Part shown: in pieces, positions 30,977-32,000 of the stretch
Layout: the number at the start of each line of letters is the position of its first letter
How positions within the stretch are numbered: the stretch's first letter is position 1
Assembly: GCF_000018465.1 (NCBI RefSeq)
Contig: NC_010085.1
Coordinates: forward strand, 1,470,001-1,502,000
Reading direction: 5' to 3'
Length of the DNA stretch: 32,000 nucleotides
DNA from: Nitrosopumilus maritimus SCM1
Lineage (GTDB): Archaea; Thermoproteota; Nitrososphaeria; Nitrososphaerales; Nitrosopumilaceae
Notes under the pieces: model-generated
The model's input: the letters and a program-made list of their open reading frames with translations, nothing else
Database searches by the model: none
Told to the model about the DNA's origin: nothing
Translations under genes and position numbers: made by a program

Positions 30977-31999
30977 CTAAGGCGGATTGATTTTTTCTAA
31001 AACAAAGTCAATTACCTTATCAGAGGTAATTCCGTTTGCTTCTGCCTCAAATGTCAAAATTATTCTATGTCTGAGAACTTCGTGTGCAACAGCTTTGACA
31101 TCTTCTGGAATAATGAAGCCCCTTCCATTAAGCATGGCATTTGCTTTTGCAGTTCTCATTAACCAAATTGATGCTCTAGGAGATGCTCCAAACTCTATCA
31201 TATTTTCTAAATCTAGATCATAGTCTTTTGGAGTTCGTGTTGCATTTACAATATCTGCGATATATTCTGTAACTACTTTATCAGCATAAATTTTTTCATT
31301 GAATTTTTGAATTTCTAAAATTTCTTCAGGACTGATAATTGTATTTACTTTATCTTCTTGTTCAGATGAATTTTTTTCAATAATCTCGAGTTCTTCTTGT
31401 TTTGAAGGATAATCAATTAAAATTTTCAGAGCAAATCTATCAACTTGTGCTTCAGGAAGTTTGTATGTTCCCTCGTTTTCAATTGGGTTTTGTGTTGCAA
31501 GAACTAGGAATGGTTTTTTTAATTCAAATGTGTCTCCGTGTATGCTGACATTTCTTTCTTGCATTGCTTCAAGTAATGCTGATTGGACTTTGGGTGGTGC
31601 ACGATTAATCTCATCAGCAAGCACAAAATTATGAAATATCGGACCCTTTTGTGTTACAAATGATCCTGAGGCATTCTTGTAAATTTTTGTTCCTAAAATA
31701 TCTGCTGGAAGTAAATCGGGTGTAAATTGAATTCTAACATGATCAACATTGAAAATTTGTGCCATTGTCTTTACCATCAATGTCTTTGCTAAACCAGGAA
31801 CACTCTCTAAGAGTACATGGCCATCAGCTATTATTGAAATGAGAATTTTCTGTAAAGCGTCTTGTTGTCCAATCACAACTTTATGAGATTCTTCAAAAAC
31901 TGCATTTAGTTTCTTTGCATACTTTTGAGCTTGCTCACTTAGCTTTTTGATATCTTCATTTGATACCGAATAGTTTACGTGATTCTCTCTCAGTGCCAT
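30977..31999 (-). CDS. MoxR-family AAA+ ATPase (AAA_3)
   Basis: 340 aa. VVIGQQDALQKILISIIADGHVLLESVPGLAKT (Walker A), VLADEINRAPPKVQSALLEAMQE (Walker B / sensor region) and ATQNPIENEGTYKLPEAQVDRF. ATG at 31997-31999, 1 nt from the window edge, so an upstream start cannot be excluded. Confidence 0.92.
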   Translation of the reverse strand: MALRENHVNYSVSNEDIKKLSEQAQKYAKKLNAVFEESHKVVIGQQDALQKILISIIADGHVLLESVPGLAKTLMVKTMAQIFNVDHVRIQFTPDLLPADILGTKIYKNASGSFVTQKGPIFHNFVLADEINRAPPKVQSALLEAMQERNVSIHGDTFELKKPFLVLATQNPIENEGTYKLPEAQVDRFALKILIDYPSKQEELEIIEKNSSEQEDKVNTIISPEEILEIQKFNEKIYADKVVTEYIADIVNATRTPKDYDLDLENMIEFGASPRASIWLMRTAKANAMLNGRGFIIPEDVKAVAHEVLRHRIILTFEAEANGITSDKVIDFVLEKINPP

Positions 32000-32000
32000 G

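Overview
AT-rich, very gene-dense segment. Its content is archaeal: eS19, RNase P Rpp21, Nep1, GTP cyclohydrolase III and class II RNR. By inference it comes from an ammonia-oxidising Thaumarchaeota/Nitrososphaerota (Nitrosopumilus-like) chromosome; I could not run any search. All genes but two are on the minus strand. Left to right: (1) a compact riboflavin operon, 160-4486, with an embedded amidohydrolase; (2) TPR, RHH, receiver and wHTH genes; (3) a CitE-like lyase, an MDR reductase, housekeeping genes (PDCD5-like, eS19, Rpp21, Nep1) and tRNA-Gly(UCC); (4) B12-dependent RNR nrdJ next to a wHTH + ATP-cone + NrdD-like protein that lacks a glycyl-radical motif; (5) a thiolase/DUF35 pair, a topoisomerase-type zinc-finger protein, a nitrilase-family protein, a small 4-OT tautomerase and a rhomboid protease; (6) the most unusual part, 20971-31999. 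This is a co-directional, partly translationally coupled array of MoxR AAA+, DUF58, vWA and a membrane protein, followed by four secreted paralogues, one with a type-1 copper (cupredoxin) domain. The four paralogues share an aromatic ~35-aa module in tandem pairs that I do not recognise (8 copies). Two of them share a 235-bp stretch that is identical at DNA level. I found three plausible small CDSs missing from the ORF track (RHH, Zn-ribbon, 4-OT). I saw no transposase, integrase, CRISPR array or rRNA. All product calls rest on motif recognition by eye.
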